IMG/VR virus record: IMGVR_UViG_3300009180_000022
Strand: one strand, 5' to 3'
From: a virus
Length of the DNA: 64,000 nt
In this document: piece by piece, positions 11,300 through 23,300 of the stretch
How positions within the stretch are numbered: the first letter of the stretch is position 1
Layout: each line of letters begins with the position of its first letter
Translations under genes and position numbers: made by a program
The notes under the pieces: model-generated
The model's input: the letters and a program-made list of their open reading frames with translations, nothing else
The model's database searches: none
Told to the model about the DNA's origin: nothing

Positions 11300-13360
11300 A
11301 TGACCAAATTAGTAACAAAAGTTTTTAGTAAACATCTTATAGATCAGTTTGTCGAATCATTTACTGAGCCTGCTAATAGCGTGTATTACCTTGCCGCAAG
11401 TAGGCATATACCTTACAGTACCTCTAGTGGTGGTAGTGATGATTATCCACCTACACCCGGGGATAGCGTCCAAGATACACAGGTAGACCCCTACAATACT
11501 ATGGTATTCGGAAAAAAAGTAACTTCATCTGATATATCACTTATGATACCCAGGTACAACTGGACTACTGGCACAACCTATACATCATATGACCATACTG
11601 ATTCAGCATTGTTTGACAAACCTTTCTATGTCGTATCTTTTTCAGGTTCAGAATATTTTATTTATAAGTGTCTTGAAAATAATAGAAATAATCCTTCAAC
11701 CGTCGATCCAATATCCAGTACGTCAGAAGTCGCATTTAACCATATAACTACCGGTGATAATTATAAATGGAAGTTAATGTACAGGCTGCCAATGGCTACA
11801 TTTGAAAAGTTTGCAACAGCTGATTACATGCCGGTAGCACTAAGTAGTAACGTTTCAACTAATGCAATATCTGGTTCTATTGATTCAGTCAGAGTAGATT
11901 CCGGCACTCGTAATTGGATTTCTTCTTCTACTGGAGTTTTTAGTTCTGATGATATAGCTACCAGTATTCCAGATGGGCTAGGAACTCAACTGACGTACAG
12001 ATTAAATGCTAATTCATCAACTAGTTCTGATTTTTATCAGGGTAGTGCTCTATATATTTCTTCTGGTATAGGTGCAGGACAGCAAAGAAAAATTCTTTCA
12101 TATGAAGCTGTTACTAAGATAGCTGAAATAGACAGTCCGTTTGATGTAACCCCGCTAGCAGGATCTACTTACCTAACAGCACCGTATGTTACTATTACTG
12201 GTGATGGAGAAGGTGCAGTAGGTTTTGCAGCTGTAGCTTCAAATACAACAGTTAACAATTTTATTTATAGCGTATTAATAACTAACAGGGGCAGTAACTA
12301 CACGTATGCAAGCGCAGTAGTGACTGGTAATACTGGTGGTGATTCATATCCCCAAACAAATACAGTAGTCACTCCTATCATACCTCCAATAGGGGGACAT
12401 GGGTATCGTACTGTACAGGAACTAGGCAGTGATTCTATCGGTATTAGTGTTACTTTTGCAAACAACGAAAGTGGTTTTATTCCAGTAAGTAACGATTACC
12501 GCCAGATCATATTACTTAAGGATCCGTTATTTGATGGAGTCACATTAACCTTATCTAGCGCAACCGGTACATTTAGCCCTGGTGAGACTATTAATCAAAT
12601 TTCATACTCAACTTTAGTGGGAACGGTTGTTTGTAGCGCAACCTCCACTACAATAACCGGTACCGGTACTGAGTTTTTATCAGCTTTTAAACCTGGTGAT
12701 TCTATATTGTTAACTGATACTATTAGTACTTCTAAAAGCTTGAGAACGGTAGATACAGTTACTAGTAATACAATTCTTTCAGTAACATCAAACGTATCAT
12801 TCACACGTGCATCAGGTCAGTATGTTACAGTAGCTAAGGCCACAGTATTAGCAACTGGTATTAAGGTTGGTAATACAGGTAATTTCATTACAATGTCTAA
12901 TACTGAGGCAAAATTTTATACAGGTAAACCAGTCATAGGGTCCGTCTCTGGATACTTTGGCCCAAACGTAACAGCGATCAACGTACAGGATCACAACTTT
13001 AATAATTGGTCAACGTTTGATAATAGAACAAAAATATCATACATAAGTAATAATCAAGTGTTTAACACAGATGGGGTGGTATACCAAACAGCGACCGCAG
13101 ATAGTAGCCAATCAAACGCATATTTTCATTCAGCTAATGCCTCATTTATTTTTATAACTGATGATAGAGGACCTATTAACGCCGCCTCAAATGAGTATCT
13201 TCAACAGATAGGTAGTCCTGCAACATATGTACTTGGCGGAACTAAGTACCCACCCGACATTGTAAGATCGTCTGGAGAGATCGTATACATAGAGAACTAC
13301 AGCCCAATTACAAGATCAGATAATCAATCAGAAACCTTCAGATTAATTCTGAAATTCTAA
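11300..13360 (+). CDS. gp8: Baseplate wedge subunit gp8 (extended form)
   Basis: MVFGKKVTSSDISLMIPRYNWTTGTTY, YKCLENN, GDNYKWKLMY, IIPPIGGHG, NDYRQIILLKDP and SGEIVYIENYSPITRSDNQSETFRLILKF. Confidence 0.88.
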   Translation: MTKLVTKVFSKHLIDQFVESFTEPANSVYYLAASRHIPYSTSSGGSDDYPPTPGDSVQDTQVDPYNTMVFGKKVTSSDISLMIPRYNWTTGTTYTSYDHTDSALFDKPFYVVSFSGSEYFIYKCLENNRNNPSTVDPISSTSEVAFNHITTGDNYKWKLMYRLPMATFEKFATADYMPVALSSNVSTNAISGSIDSVRVDSGTRNWISSSTGVFSSDDIATSIPDGLGTQLTYRLNANSSTSSDFYQGSALYISSGIGAGQQRKILSYEAVTKIAEIDSPFDVTPLAGSTYLTAPYVTITGDGEGAVGFAAVASNTTVNNFIYSVLITNRGSNYTYASAVVTGNTGGDSYPQTNTVVTPIIPPIGGHGYRTVQELGSDSIGISVTFANNESGFIPVSNDYRQIILLKDPLFDGVTLTLSSATGTFSPGETINQISYSTLVGTVVCSATSTTITGTGTEFLSAFKPGDSILLTDTISTSKSLRTVDTVTSNTILSVTSNVSFTRASGQYVTVAKATVLATGIKVGNTGNFITMSNTEAKFYTGKPVIGSVSGYFGPNVTAINVQDHNFNNWSTFDNRTKISYISNNQVFNTDGVVYQTATADSSQSNAYFHSANASFIFITDDRGPINAASNEYLQQIGSPATYVLGGTKYPPDIVRSSGEIVYIENYSPITRSDNQSETFRLILKF

Positions 13361-13369
13361 GAGGACAAT

Positions 13370-16300
13370 ATGCCAATAGAGACAAATCTAAACACCACTC
13401 CATACTTTGATGACTATGATGAAGATAAGCAATTTCATCGCGTACTTTTTAGACCGGGTGTAGCGCTACAGGCAAGGGAACTTACCCAACTTCAATCAAT
13501 TCTTCAAAATCAAATTGAGAGATTTGGTAACAATATCTACCTTAAAGGTACTATTATAAGTGGATGTACTCTTTCAGCTGACTACGCTTATAATTATATA
13601 AAGATTTTAGACTTACAGGAAAATGGTGCACCAGTATCTCTTCAATCATATACTGAAAAGATTGGCATACAAGAAGCATCAGGCCTGAAAGCGTCTATAG
13701 TTAACTATGTATCCGGATTCCAAACATCAAATCCTGATTTAAATACCTTATATGTCAAATACTTAAATACAGGATCAAGCGGTGAAAAAGTTTTTGCTGC
13801 AGATCAAGTCATTAAAATATATAGTCCAACTCTTCCTATTGAATCTATTAGTATTGCAACTGGGGGGACAGGATATTCAAATAGTGATATAGTAGTTATT
13901 TACGGTACTTCTGGTACAGGGGCTACAGCAACAATAACGACCAACAGTCTGGGTAAAATTATCGATATATCGATGACCAATGGAGGAACGTCATATTCTA
14001 CTGTACCTGGGGTATATATTACATCAAGTGCAACTGCAGGGTCTATTACTGTAATTGGAGCATATACTACCACCGGTGGTATTACTGGATACCCGTCATC
14101 ACATTCTGGTAGTATAGGAGATGGATATATTGTTGGTGGATCTACTTTATATATCTGGAGCGGTACTGCTTGGGTTAAATCTGACGGGTCAGGGGCTATA
14201 TTTACAGCGCTTAATTATAATGCTCAAATTAGAGTCGCAAGTGATAGCTTTACAGCACCAGTCGGTGTAGGTGCAGCTATAAAGACAAGTCGTGGTATAA
14301 TATATCAAAAAGGAAACTTTATACAGGTTAATGAGCAAACAGCTTTATTACAAAAGTATACCACATACGTAGATAATAAAGTAGTAGGATTCTATACTAA
14401 CGAAAGTATTGTTAACAGTAATATAGATTCAACCTTATTGGACATAGCAACCGGTACTCCTAACTTTGCGGCTCCTGGTGCTAACAGATTAAAACTTAAT
14501 CCAACGCTCTCCGTTCTTTCTGCTGATGCTGCATCTGCCAATAACGACTATCTACCTCTTTTAGAATTTCAACTAGGCAATATTGTTAAAGACAGAACAA
14601 GCACACAGTTTAACTCCGTAAATAAGGAGCTTGCCAAGCGCACTTTTGAAGAAAGTGGTAACTATGTGTTAGAGGCCTTTAGTCTTGATACATCTACCGT
14701 TCCAACATCGAATGCTACTGTAAATAATAGTAATTATTTTACTACTGTATTAAGTCCAGGTACTGCATATGTTTCCGGGGAGCGGGTTAATTTACTAAAC
14801 ACAACTAAAGCATTAGTAAGAAAAGGCCTTGACACTATTACTGTACCTAATCAGTACATTAATACCTCGTATGGCAATTACGTTATTGTTAATGAACTAC
14901 AGGGCAACTTCGATGTGCGCGCAGGTACTACTGTTAGTTTAAAGAGTGCAGCTGCCACTTCACTGACACTTAATACAGGTACAATACCATCACCGGGTGT
15001 AACCGTTGGTACAGCAGTAATTAGATCTATTGAATATATGGCTGGTACTCCTGGCACACCTGCTGCTACTTATAAGCTGTATCTCTTTAATATCAACATG
15101 CAAGCCGGTAGGTCATTTAAAGATGTAAAGGCAGCCCATATCACTAGCACCGCAGTTGCTGATATTGTGCTGGTAGGTAGTCCTGCAATAGCTGTGCTTA
15201 ACGATACTGAACGCGACACACTAGTATTCAATACAGGATCGTACGCTGTACAGCAGCTAACATCTACTCAATTTATTTATAGAACATCTAGTACTACTAG
15301 TATTGGTGTAACTGGTTCTGTATCTTTTACAGTATCCGGAGAGAGTACTTCATTACCGTACGGCGTCGGCGCCCTGGGCAGTACTGATAAGCAGGACTTT
15401 ATAGTTATACCTACAACTGCATTTAGATTTAATGCAAACAATGCAGGCACTGTAACTGTTGCTGATGCTAGTACTACAATGGTTGTCGGTTCAGGTGCAT
15501 CCTTTACTACCTCATATGTTGCCGGGGATTACATTTCTATTAACAACGTTGTAAGACGAATCAACAGAATTATAAACAATGATTCGTTAGAATTAACAGC
15601 AGCATACGGTACTACTGTATCATCAGGTATAGCTCACTTTACCGCGTTTCCAGCGCTTACCCCTATTGATTTTACAAGAGCTGGACGCAGTATAACAGTA
15701 GCATCAACAACCTCATTTACACTTAATATAGGTGCGGCTATTAATACTGCTACGAATATTACAATATACCATAATTTATTGGTTGTAAATGCACCGATTA
15801 AAACAAAAACCTTAGTTGCTAACGTACATGTTAAATTATCTACTTCTTTAATAACTGCCTCAACAGTAGGTCCATGGTGTCTAGGAATACCTGATGTACT
15901 TTCAGTTGAAGGTGTTTACATTGGTTCAGGCTCGTATGCAACCGATGATACTACAAATTTTGTTAATGATTTTGTATTAAATAATGGTCAGAAAAATAAT
16001 ATCTACGGTCTAGCATATCTTTCTAAAAAACCAGGATCAACAGTAACCCTTACCGGTGCTAATCAATTGGTTGTTAAAGTAAAGGCATTCCAAATAAGTG
16101 ATGGTAGATATGCTTCTGCGCTATCATATCCAGTAGACGATGCGTCCGCTACTCTACCGAGTAACAAGATAAGAACACAGACTATTCCTATCTACATTTC
16201 ACCGTCATCAGGTGAGGCTATTTCCCTAAGAGATGCTATTGACTTTAGGCCTCATGTAAGTAATACTGCAGTATTAGCTACTGTTTTGGCTTCAGCATCT

Positions 16301-19300
16301 ATCGATCCTTCTTCAACTGAAACCTTGGTGGCTAGCGCTGATAAGTACTTCCCTGCGCCTTCTGAGTCTTTCCAGGGTTCAGTAGTTTCTTATCTAAGTA
16401 GAATTGATAGAATTAATTTGACCCAACAAGGTCAAATGAAAATAGTCGAAGGCGCGCCTGCCAACAATCCCCTACCACCACCTGTAGATACAGGGTGTAT
16501 GGATCTTGGACTGTTAAACGTTGCTCCATTCCCAAGCCTACCATCAAAGGTAGCTTCTGCTGCTGGTAGACCTGATCTTAAGAATTCAATCAGACAGTCA
16601 CAGACCCGTAGATATACCATGTCTGATATCAGTAGTCTGGATAAACGCATTCAAAGATTAGAATATTACACTGCGCTTAATACAATTGAAGCTAAAACTA
16701 AAAATCTAACCCTTACTAGTGAAGCTAACACGTCACTTGAAAGGTTTAAGAATGGATTTTTTGTTGATCCTTTAAATGACTACAGTATTTCGAATCTCAA
16801 TGATGGGGAGTTCAAAGCATTAATTGACCTGGATAGGACTAGATTAACCCCGCAGCAAATTATCACCCCAATTGATTTAAAGTACTCAGCTACCGGGAGT
16901 ACTAATGTTGTAAAGAATTTGGACTTAATTACTCTCCCTTACACCTCTGAAGTACTAGTAAGTCAACCACATGCTAATAAAGAAAGAACTTTAGTAACAG
17001 GATTCTGGAGTTTTGTTGGAAAAATGACAGTTGTTCCTAGAGTAGATAATTTCTTTGACACTCAAGTTACCAGCACTTCGGTTATTGATATTAACATTGC
17101 CGATCCGCTTAGGGCGCTTACAGACACAGTTAATCAAACCTTAGGTGCAATTAATTTAACTCCTAATGCCATTAAGACTACTAGTAGTGGAGTATCATTA
17201 ACAGGCACACAATATTCAAACCCAGATGCGTGGACTGTTAGAACTACACAAAACTTTGCAGAGACTCTAACAACCACCTTAGGTGTAAAGAATAACCAGA
17301 TCACTGTTGCTCCTACAGTAACCACAACACAGGATGTAGGTTCATATCTTAAGAGTGTTAATATTAACACATACATTAAGGCCCAAAGAATCTGCATGCA
17401 CGTTGCCGGTCTAAGACCAGGTGCACAGCACTGGGTATTTTTTGATGGTATAGATGTTACAGACCGTTGTTCCCAAGCTGATCTGATATCCAATATAACC
17501 GATCCTAATAAAGCTTCTGTTGATAATTTTAATCCAAGAACTAATAAGAATACCGGTGCTGGGTCACTATTTGCTGATAGCACTACCGGTATCTTATCAA
17601 TTATTCTGTATTTACCTAATGATACCTTTGCATCAGGTGAAAAGACAGTACTAGTAATGGATGTAAGTTCACTTGCATCAGAAACTAGCGCTACTTCTAA
17701 ATCTACTGGTAAATTCTCTTCATTTGGAATATCTGGAACTTCCGGTAATATTACAGCATCCACAAAAACATTTAACACCACCTCTGGAAGCCCGTTCGCA
17801 AATAAGACAATTGATAGTACAGAGGTTCTTAACACTACAACTAATAGGTGGTCTACATCAACTCAAGTTTCTAACTATCCACCTCCTCCTCCACCTCCCC
17901 CACCAGGCGTCGGGCCCATGGGCGGCCGCGGGGGCCCCGATCCATTAGCACAGACGTTCTATATTCAAGCACAGGGTCAGGTTGAATACGTGCACCTTAC
18001 ATCTATAGATATTTACTTTAAGGCTAAAGATGCCAATCTAGGCGTGTCATTAGATATAAGGGAAGTATCAGATTCTGGTGATGTGCTTCCATACATTTTA
18101 GGATTCGGTTCAGTGTATTTGCCTAGCGCATCGGTAAGTGTAGATAGTACACAAGCAAGCGTTGCAACAACATTTACATTTAGTTCACCTCTGCTAGTTA
18201 AGGCCGGACGTGAATATGCAATAGTACTTACGCCGGATGGTGGATCACCAGACTATAGAGTATGGACAGCTATACCTGGTATTGCTGATGTATTGAATCC
18301 AACATTAACACCTAATAAAACATGGGGTGATGGTACATTATTTTACTCAACAAGCAACAGAGCCTTTACTGCAATTCAGGACGAGGATATTAAATTTAGA
18401 GTTAATTATGCAATGTTTACACAAGTTTCAGGTACCGCAGTTCTTACTAACGACGATTCTGAATACTTAACTATTACTAATACTTCTGGTTCATTTAATG
18501 GAGGTGAGGATGTTGCGCAATACGCAAACTCATTCTTAAATACAACTATAACTACTAATAGTGCCTGTAACGTTATTTTAACTGGATCATCTCTGACCTC
18601 AGTACTAGCTCCAGGTACTTCGATTTTAATAGCTTATGGTACAGCAAATACAATTGGTCCAGGTACAGTTCAATCAGCAGGGCTAACCATAACTAATGCA
18701 ACATCAACCAGTACTTCTTTTATTACTACCATGAATTTTACAAGCGGTAGCTTTATTAGAATTGGTAATGAAATAAGGCAGGTTATTGCAGTTAACTCCG
18801 AAAACTCTCTTACTATTGATGTACCATTAAATACTGCAGCAGCAAGCAACAACCATTACACTGTTGTGTCCAAATTTGATGTTTTAAAAGTACAAGCAGT
18901 AACTTCTAGTCAGATTACTGTTAACAGACCACCATCATATACAACTAGTTCTATACTTGCTGCTAGTATTCAGCAGGCAGTTTCTGGTAAGGTAAAATAC
19001 TTTGATCCAACAGCAGGCGCACTTCATATAAGAGACTCAAATGCAGCTAACTCTATATTTAAAATTCTACCAGCAAATTCAACTTATAAAGCGTTAATGG
19101 TAGGGGATAGATCGGATGCCAGGGCAAGTGTATCTTCTATCGGTAGTATTGAAGTTCTCTCATTTACCCCGTTTATTAACGTTATCAATCCTACTGGAAC
19201 CAGCGTAACACAGACTTTAAATCTAACTAAATCTTCATCTGGTACTACCACAAGTGTTTCATTTCCATTGGCAGGAAAGACTGATTTAGACATAAACGAT

Positions 19301-20188
19301 ACAGCAATAGTTAAGAGTAAATCTAATGAAATTAGTGGCACTACTCTCACCAAGTCGCTTACCTGCACATTTACATTAGGTGCAGCTGCGTACGCTACTT
19401 CACCCATACTAGATGATTCTCCAGCATCCCTTGTTTCAAGCAGATACTTAATTAATAATTCGTACGCTAATGAAAATACAAGATACGGAAATGCGATGTG
19501 CAAGTATATTTCTAAACGTATTGTACTTGCTGATGGTATGGATGCTGAAGATATTAAAGTATACATATCAGCATACAAACCAGTAGGTAGTGAAGTTATT
19601 GTGTATGCTAAGATACTTAACACCTCTGATACAGAAGATTTTGTAAACAAAGATTGGACAATATTAAGTCAAGTTACTGAATCTTCTCTATTCAGCTCAA
19701 CATCCGATGAGTCTGATGTTAAGGAGTATGAATATACATTCCCAAGCACTCCGCCTTCTATCATAATAGGTGGCGCTATAACTGCAACAACTGCGTGCAA
19801 TGTTGTTACCGGTTTAAATACAGTGTTTAATACCGACCTTACAGTAGACAGTATTGTTAAAATTGTAAGGAGCAGTCCTACTACTGATTACTTTATTAGT
19901 ACCGTAAATGCTATTTCAAGCGGGACAAGCTTGATACTAGATTCACCTGTTACATTTAGTTCAACAGCAGCTGCTACTACTATTACTGGGCTTACCATGG
20001 AACGGGTTACTACCCCTCAAGCTGCATTTAAGTACAATCAAAATGCAAACATAGTAAAGTATTATTCAGCAGCGCAGCAGGAAATGGATTCATACAAATA
20101 TATGGCCATAAAGGTAGTGCTTTTATCTTCAAGCACATTTACTATTCCTAATGTTAATGATATAAGAGCGATAGCAGTATCGGTATAA
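13370..20188 (+). CDS. Large baseplate/virion structural protein (VrlC-like, DUF4815-type)
   Basis: NLNTTPYFDDYDEDKQFHRVLFRPGVALQARELTQLQSILQNQIERFG, LAKRTFEESGNY, RYTMSDISSLDKRIQRLEYYTAL, RFKNGFFVD, DPLAQTF and C-terminal IPNVNDIRAIA. Confidence 0.8.
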   Translation: MPIETNLNTTPYFDDYDEDKQFHRVLFRPGVALQARELTQLQSILQNQIERFGNNIYLKGTIISGCTLSADYAYNYIKILDLQENGAPVSLQSYTEKIGIQEASGLKASIVNYVSGFQTSNPDLNTLYVKYLNTGSSGEKVFAADQVIKIYSPTLPIESISIATGGTGYSNSDIVVIYGTSGTGATATITTNSLGKIIDISMTNGGTSYSTVPGVYITSSATAGSITVIGAYTTTGGITGYPSSHSGSIGDGYIVGGSTLYIWSGTAWVKSDGSGAIFTALNYNAQIRVASDSFTAPVGVGAAIKTSRGIIYQKGNFIQVNEQTALLQKYTTYVDNKVVGFYTNESIVNSNIDSTLLDIATGTPNFAAPGANRLKLNPTLSVLSADAASANNDYLPLLEFQLGNIVKDRTSTQFNSVNKELAKRTFEESGNYVLEAFSLDTSTVPTSNATVNNSNYFTTVLSPGTAYVSGERVNLLNTTKALVRKGLDTITVPNQYINTSYGNYVIVNELQGNFDVRAGTTVSLKSAAATSLTLNTGTIPSPGVTVGTAVIRSIEYMAGTPGTPAATYKLYLFNINMQAGRSFKDVKAAHITSTAVADIVLVGSPAIAVLNDTERDTLVFNTGSYAVQQLTSTQFIYRTSSTTSIGVTGSVSFTVSGESTSLPYGVGALGSTDKQDFIVIPTTAFRFNANNAGTVTVADASTTMVVGSGASFTTSYVAGDYISINNVVRRINRIINNDSLELTAAYGTTVSSGIAHFTAFPALTPIDFTRAGRSITVASTTSFTLNIGAAINTATNITIYHNLLVVNAPIKTKTLVANVHVKLSTSLITASTVGPWCLGIPDVLSVEGVYIGSGSYATDDTTNFVNDFVLNNGQKNNIYGLAYLSKKPGSTVTLTGANQLVVKVKAFQISDGRYASALSYPVDDASATLPSNKIRTQTIPIYISPSSGEAISLRDAIDFRPHVSNTAVLATVLASASIDPSSTETLVASADKYFPAPSESFQGSVVSYLSRIDRINLTQQGQMKIVEGAPANNPLPPPVDTGCMDLGLLNVAPFPSLPSKVASAAGRPDLKNSIRQSQTRRYTMSDISSLDKRIQRLEYYTALNTIEAKTKNLTLTSEANTSLERFKNGFFVDPLNDYSISNLNDGEFKALIDLDRTRLTPQQIITPIDLKYSATGSTNVVKNLDLITLPYTSEVLVSQPHANKERTLVTGFWSFVGKMTVVPRVDNFFDTQVTSTSVIDINIADPLRALTDTVNQTLGAINLTPNAIKTTSSGVSLTGTQYSNPDAWTVRTTQNFAETLTTTLGVKNNQITVAPTVTTTQDVGSYLKSVNINTYIKAQRICMHVAGLRPGAQHWVFFDGIDVTDRCSQADLISNITDPNKASVDNFNPRTNKNTGAGSLFADSTTGILSIILYLPNDTFASGEKTVLVMDVSSLASETSATSKSTGKFSSFGISGTSGNITASTKTFNTTSGSPFANKTIDSTEVLNTTTNRWSTSTQVSNYPPPPPPPPPGVGPMGGRGGPDPLAQTFYIQAQGQVEYVHLTSIDIYFKAKDANLGVSLDIREVSDSGDVLPYILGFGSVYLPSASVSVDSTQASVATTFTFSSPLLVKAGREYAIVLTPDGGSPDYRVWTAIPGIADVLNPTLTPNKTWGDGTLFYSTSNRAFTAIQDEDIKFRVNYAMFTQVSGTAVLTNDDSEYLTITNTSGSFNGGEDVAQYANSFLNTTITTNSACNVILTGSSLTSVLAPGTSILIAYGTANTIGPGTVQSAGLTITNATSTSTSFITTMNFTSGSFIRIGNEIRQVIAVNSENSLTIDVPLNTAAASNNHYTVVSKFDVLKVQAVTSSQITVNRPPSYTTSSILAASIQQAVSGKVKYFDPTAGALHIRDSNAANSIFKILPANSTYKALMVGDRSDARASVSSIGSIEVLSFTPFINVINPTGTSVTQTLNLTKSSSGTTTSVSFPLAGKTDLDINDTAIVKSKSNEISGTTLTKSLTCTFTLGAAAYATSPILDDSPASLVSSRYLINNSYANENTRYGNAMCKYISKRIVLADGMDAEDIKVYISAYKPVGSEVIVYAKILNTSDTEDFVNKDWTILSQVTESSLFSSTSDESDVKEYEYTFPSTPPSIIIGGAITATTACNVVTGLNTVFNTDLTVDSIVKIVRSSPTTDYFISTVNAISSGTSLILDSPVTFSSTAAATTITGLTMERVTTPQAAFKYNQNANIVKYYSAAQQEMDSYKYMAIKVVLLSSSTFTIPNVNDIRAIAVSV

Positions 20189-20189
20189 T

Positions 20190-20396
20190 ATGAAAGTAGA
20201 AGGCACAGATTTCGTTCGCGATACACACAATAATGCACTGATAAATACAAATGTTAGTGCGTTTATTCTATATAAGCAGCAACGCAATACACTGATTGCT
20301 CAAAGCGCTCAAGAAATTGAGATATCAAATCTCAAAAATGAGCTTACCCAAATGAAAAATTTGCTACAAGAATTAATTAGAGACAAGAATGGCTAA
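20190..20396 (+). CDS. Small conserved coiled-coil protein typically following the VrlC-like gene
   Basis: MKVEG..FVRD....ALINTN start and heptad-like C-terminus. Tightly packed with both neighbours. Confidence 0.65.
   Translation: MKVEGTDFVRDTHNNALINTNVSAFILYKQQRNTLIAQSAQEIEISNLKNELTQMKNLLQELIRDKNG
20240..20247 (+). promoter_or_regulatory. Possible late promoter for the fibre-collagen-enzyme unit
   Basis: GATAAATA inside the small gene, ~140 bp upstream of 20389. Confidence 0.4.
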
Positions 20397-23300
20397 ACCA
20401 GTATCAAACGTTACAATTGCAACCGACACCTTTGCCGGTTGGGTAGGAAAGAGTAATATTCTTTTAGATGCTCTTACTAACCTTACAGTTACAGTAGAAA
20501 CATCTACACTCGGCGCTAATGTATATGGTAATGGTAGTGTATTTGGTACGCTTTCAGCAAACGTACTAAGTGCAACAGTAATGAGGGGTGGAGGGGTTGG
20601 TAATACAGCCAACGTATCTACATTGACTATTGGTATAGCAAATTCTACAGTATCATCAAACGTAATTATTACTGGCTACACCGCCAATGTTACAGCAAAC
20701 AGTTTAAACGTTACTTCAAACTCAAACTTCTCTGGTAACACTCTAGTCTACAGTAATACTACCGGTAACGTCTCTGTTACAGCTACTAATACGGCTATAG
20801 GTGGTGGTTCTTTTGATGTTTCATCAAACACAAACATTAGATCTCGACTAATGTATGTATATGCAAACACCACCATTTCTGGTGCTAATACTATTATTAT
20901 CGCAGGTTCTGGACAGGCATCACAAACGTTTGATGCTAATGCTGCAGTTGAAACAGTTAATAATTCTATCGCGATAACAACAGCACCAACATATAGCATT
21001 AATGAACCGGTAGTATATACGGTTGCTGCTGGTAATACAGCGCTGGCCGGGCTTGTATCAGGTACAACGTATTACATTCAATTCTCTAATGCTACCAGTG
21101 TAAAATTATCTACCACACCCGGAGGTACAGCATTAACACTAACTAAAGGCCTAACACAAACCGGTCATAGTTTTGCCGGTATTAGCGGTAACGTTGCCAT
21201 TGGAGCATCTAATACTACCATTAGAGGTATTAATTTAAATATTCAATCAAATGTCAGTATTACAAGTGCAAATTTAAACTACACTAATGCAACAGGTAAC
21301 GTTTATGTAAATACAGCAATAGCATACATTACAGGTGGTAACGTAAGTATTACATCCAATACCTATATTAATACTACCAACACTACTGTTAATACTGCTA
21401 ACTTTTTACTGTCTGGGGGACAGGCTAACGTTACTTCTAACGTAAATATTACAAGTGCTAATTTAATTTATAATAACGCATCAGGGAATGCATCTATTAC
21501 ATCTGCTAATACTACTGTTGCAGGCGGTAACTTTAATATATCGTCTAACGTCAGCATTACAGGTGCTAATTTATCTTATGTTAACGCGTCTGGTAATGTA
21601 AGTATTAATACTGCAGCCGTATATGTTAGGGGTGGTACCGTAAGGGTATTCTCCAATAGCATATCATCCGGTGCTAATACTATTATTATAGCAGGTTCAG
21701 GTCAAGCATCACAAACGTTTGATGCAAATGCTGCTGTAGAAACAGTTAATAATTCTATAGCGATAACAACAGCACCAACATATAGCATCAACGATCCGTT
21801 AGTTTATACGGTTGCAGCAGGTAATACTGCACTTACCGGGCTTGCATCAGGTACTACCTACTATATCCAATTCTCTAACGCCACCAGTGTAAAGTTAGCC
21901 TCAATACCGGGCGGATCAGCGCTTACACTAACTAAAGGCCTAACACAAACCGGTCATAGTTTTGCCGGTGTTAGTGGTAACGTAGTTATAGGTTCCTCTA
22001 ATACTACAATTAGAGGTATTGATTTAAATATTCAATCGAATGTTAACATTACAAGTGCTAATTTAATTTATAATAACGCATCAGGGAATGCATCTATTAC
22101 ATCTGCTAATACAACTGTTGCAGGTGGTAACGTAAATATATCGTCTAACGTCAGTATTACAAGTGCAAATTTAAACTACACTAATGCAACAGGTAACGTT
22201 TATGTAAATACAGCAATAGCATACATTACAGGTGGTAACGTAAGTATATCGTCTAACGTGAGTATAACAGGTGCTAATTTATCTTACGTTAGCGCGTCTG
22301 GTAACGTAAGTATTAATACTGCAGCCGTATATGTTAGGGGTGGTACCGTAAGGGTATTCTCCAATAGCGTCACGTCTGGTGCAAACACCATTATTATAGC
22401 AGGTTCAGGTCAAGCCCTCGCTACATTTAATTCTAATACTGATGTAGATAATACAACAGGGTTAATTACCATAGGCGCAACTGCGGCTAGCTACACAGTT
22501 AATGATCCGTTAGTTTATACGGTTGCAGCAGGTAATACTGCACTGACAGGACTTACATCAGGGTCTACCTTTTATATTCAATCTACAACTAGTACGGCCA
22601 TAAAGTTATCTTCAATACCAGGTGGTGCTGCAATCTCCCTTACAAAAGGAGTAACTGAAGCAGGTCACAGTTTTACAGGAGTTAGTGGTAATGTAGTTAT
22701 AGGTTCCTCTAATACCACCATTAGAGGTATTGATTTAAATATTCAATCGAATGTCAGTATTACAGGTGCAAATTTAAATTACACTAATGCATCAGGTAAT
22801 GTTTATATTAATACTGCAATAGCATACATTACAGGTGGTAACGTAAGTATATCATCGAATGTTAACATTACCAGCGCTAATTTAATTTATAACAATGCAA
22901 TTGGTAACGCATCGATTACATCTGCTAATACTACTGTTGCTGGCGGTAACTTTAACATATCATCTAATATTAGTGCTACCGGTGTAACCTTAATATACAA
23001 TAACGCATCAGGGAATGTATCGATTACATCTGCAAATACAACAGTAGCAGGTGGCGTGTTGAATGTTACATCCAACACCAATTTAAGACCTGCCCAGGTT
23101 ATCGTATATGCAAATACTGTTATGTCAGGCGCTAATGTTGATATTATCGCAGGTTCTGGACAAGCATCACAGTCGTTTAATTCTAATACTGCTGTAGAAA
23201 CTGTTAATAATTCTATTGCAATAACAGCATCATCAACATATAGCATTAACGATCCGGTAGTGTATACTGTCGCCGCTGGTAATACAGCACTTACCGGGCT

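Noticed and set aside
17909-17940. Cluster of ApaI, NcoI, NotI and SacII sites resembling a cloning-vector polylinker
   Set aside because: It is in frame within a Pro/Gly linker directly before the conserved DPLAQ motif, has no flanking vector sequence, and GC-rich Gly/Pro/Arg codons readily create such sites.
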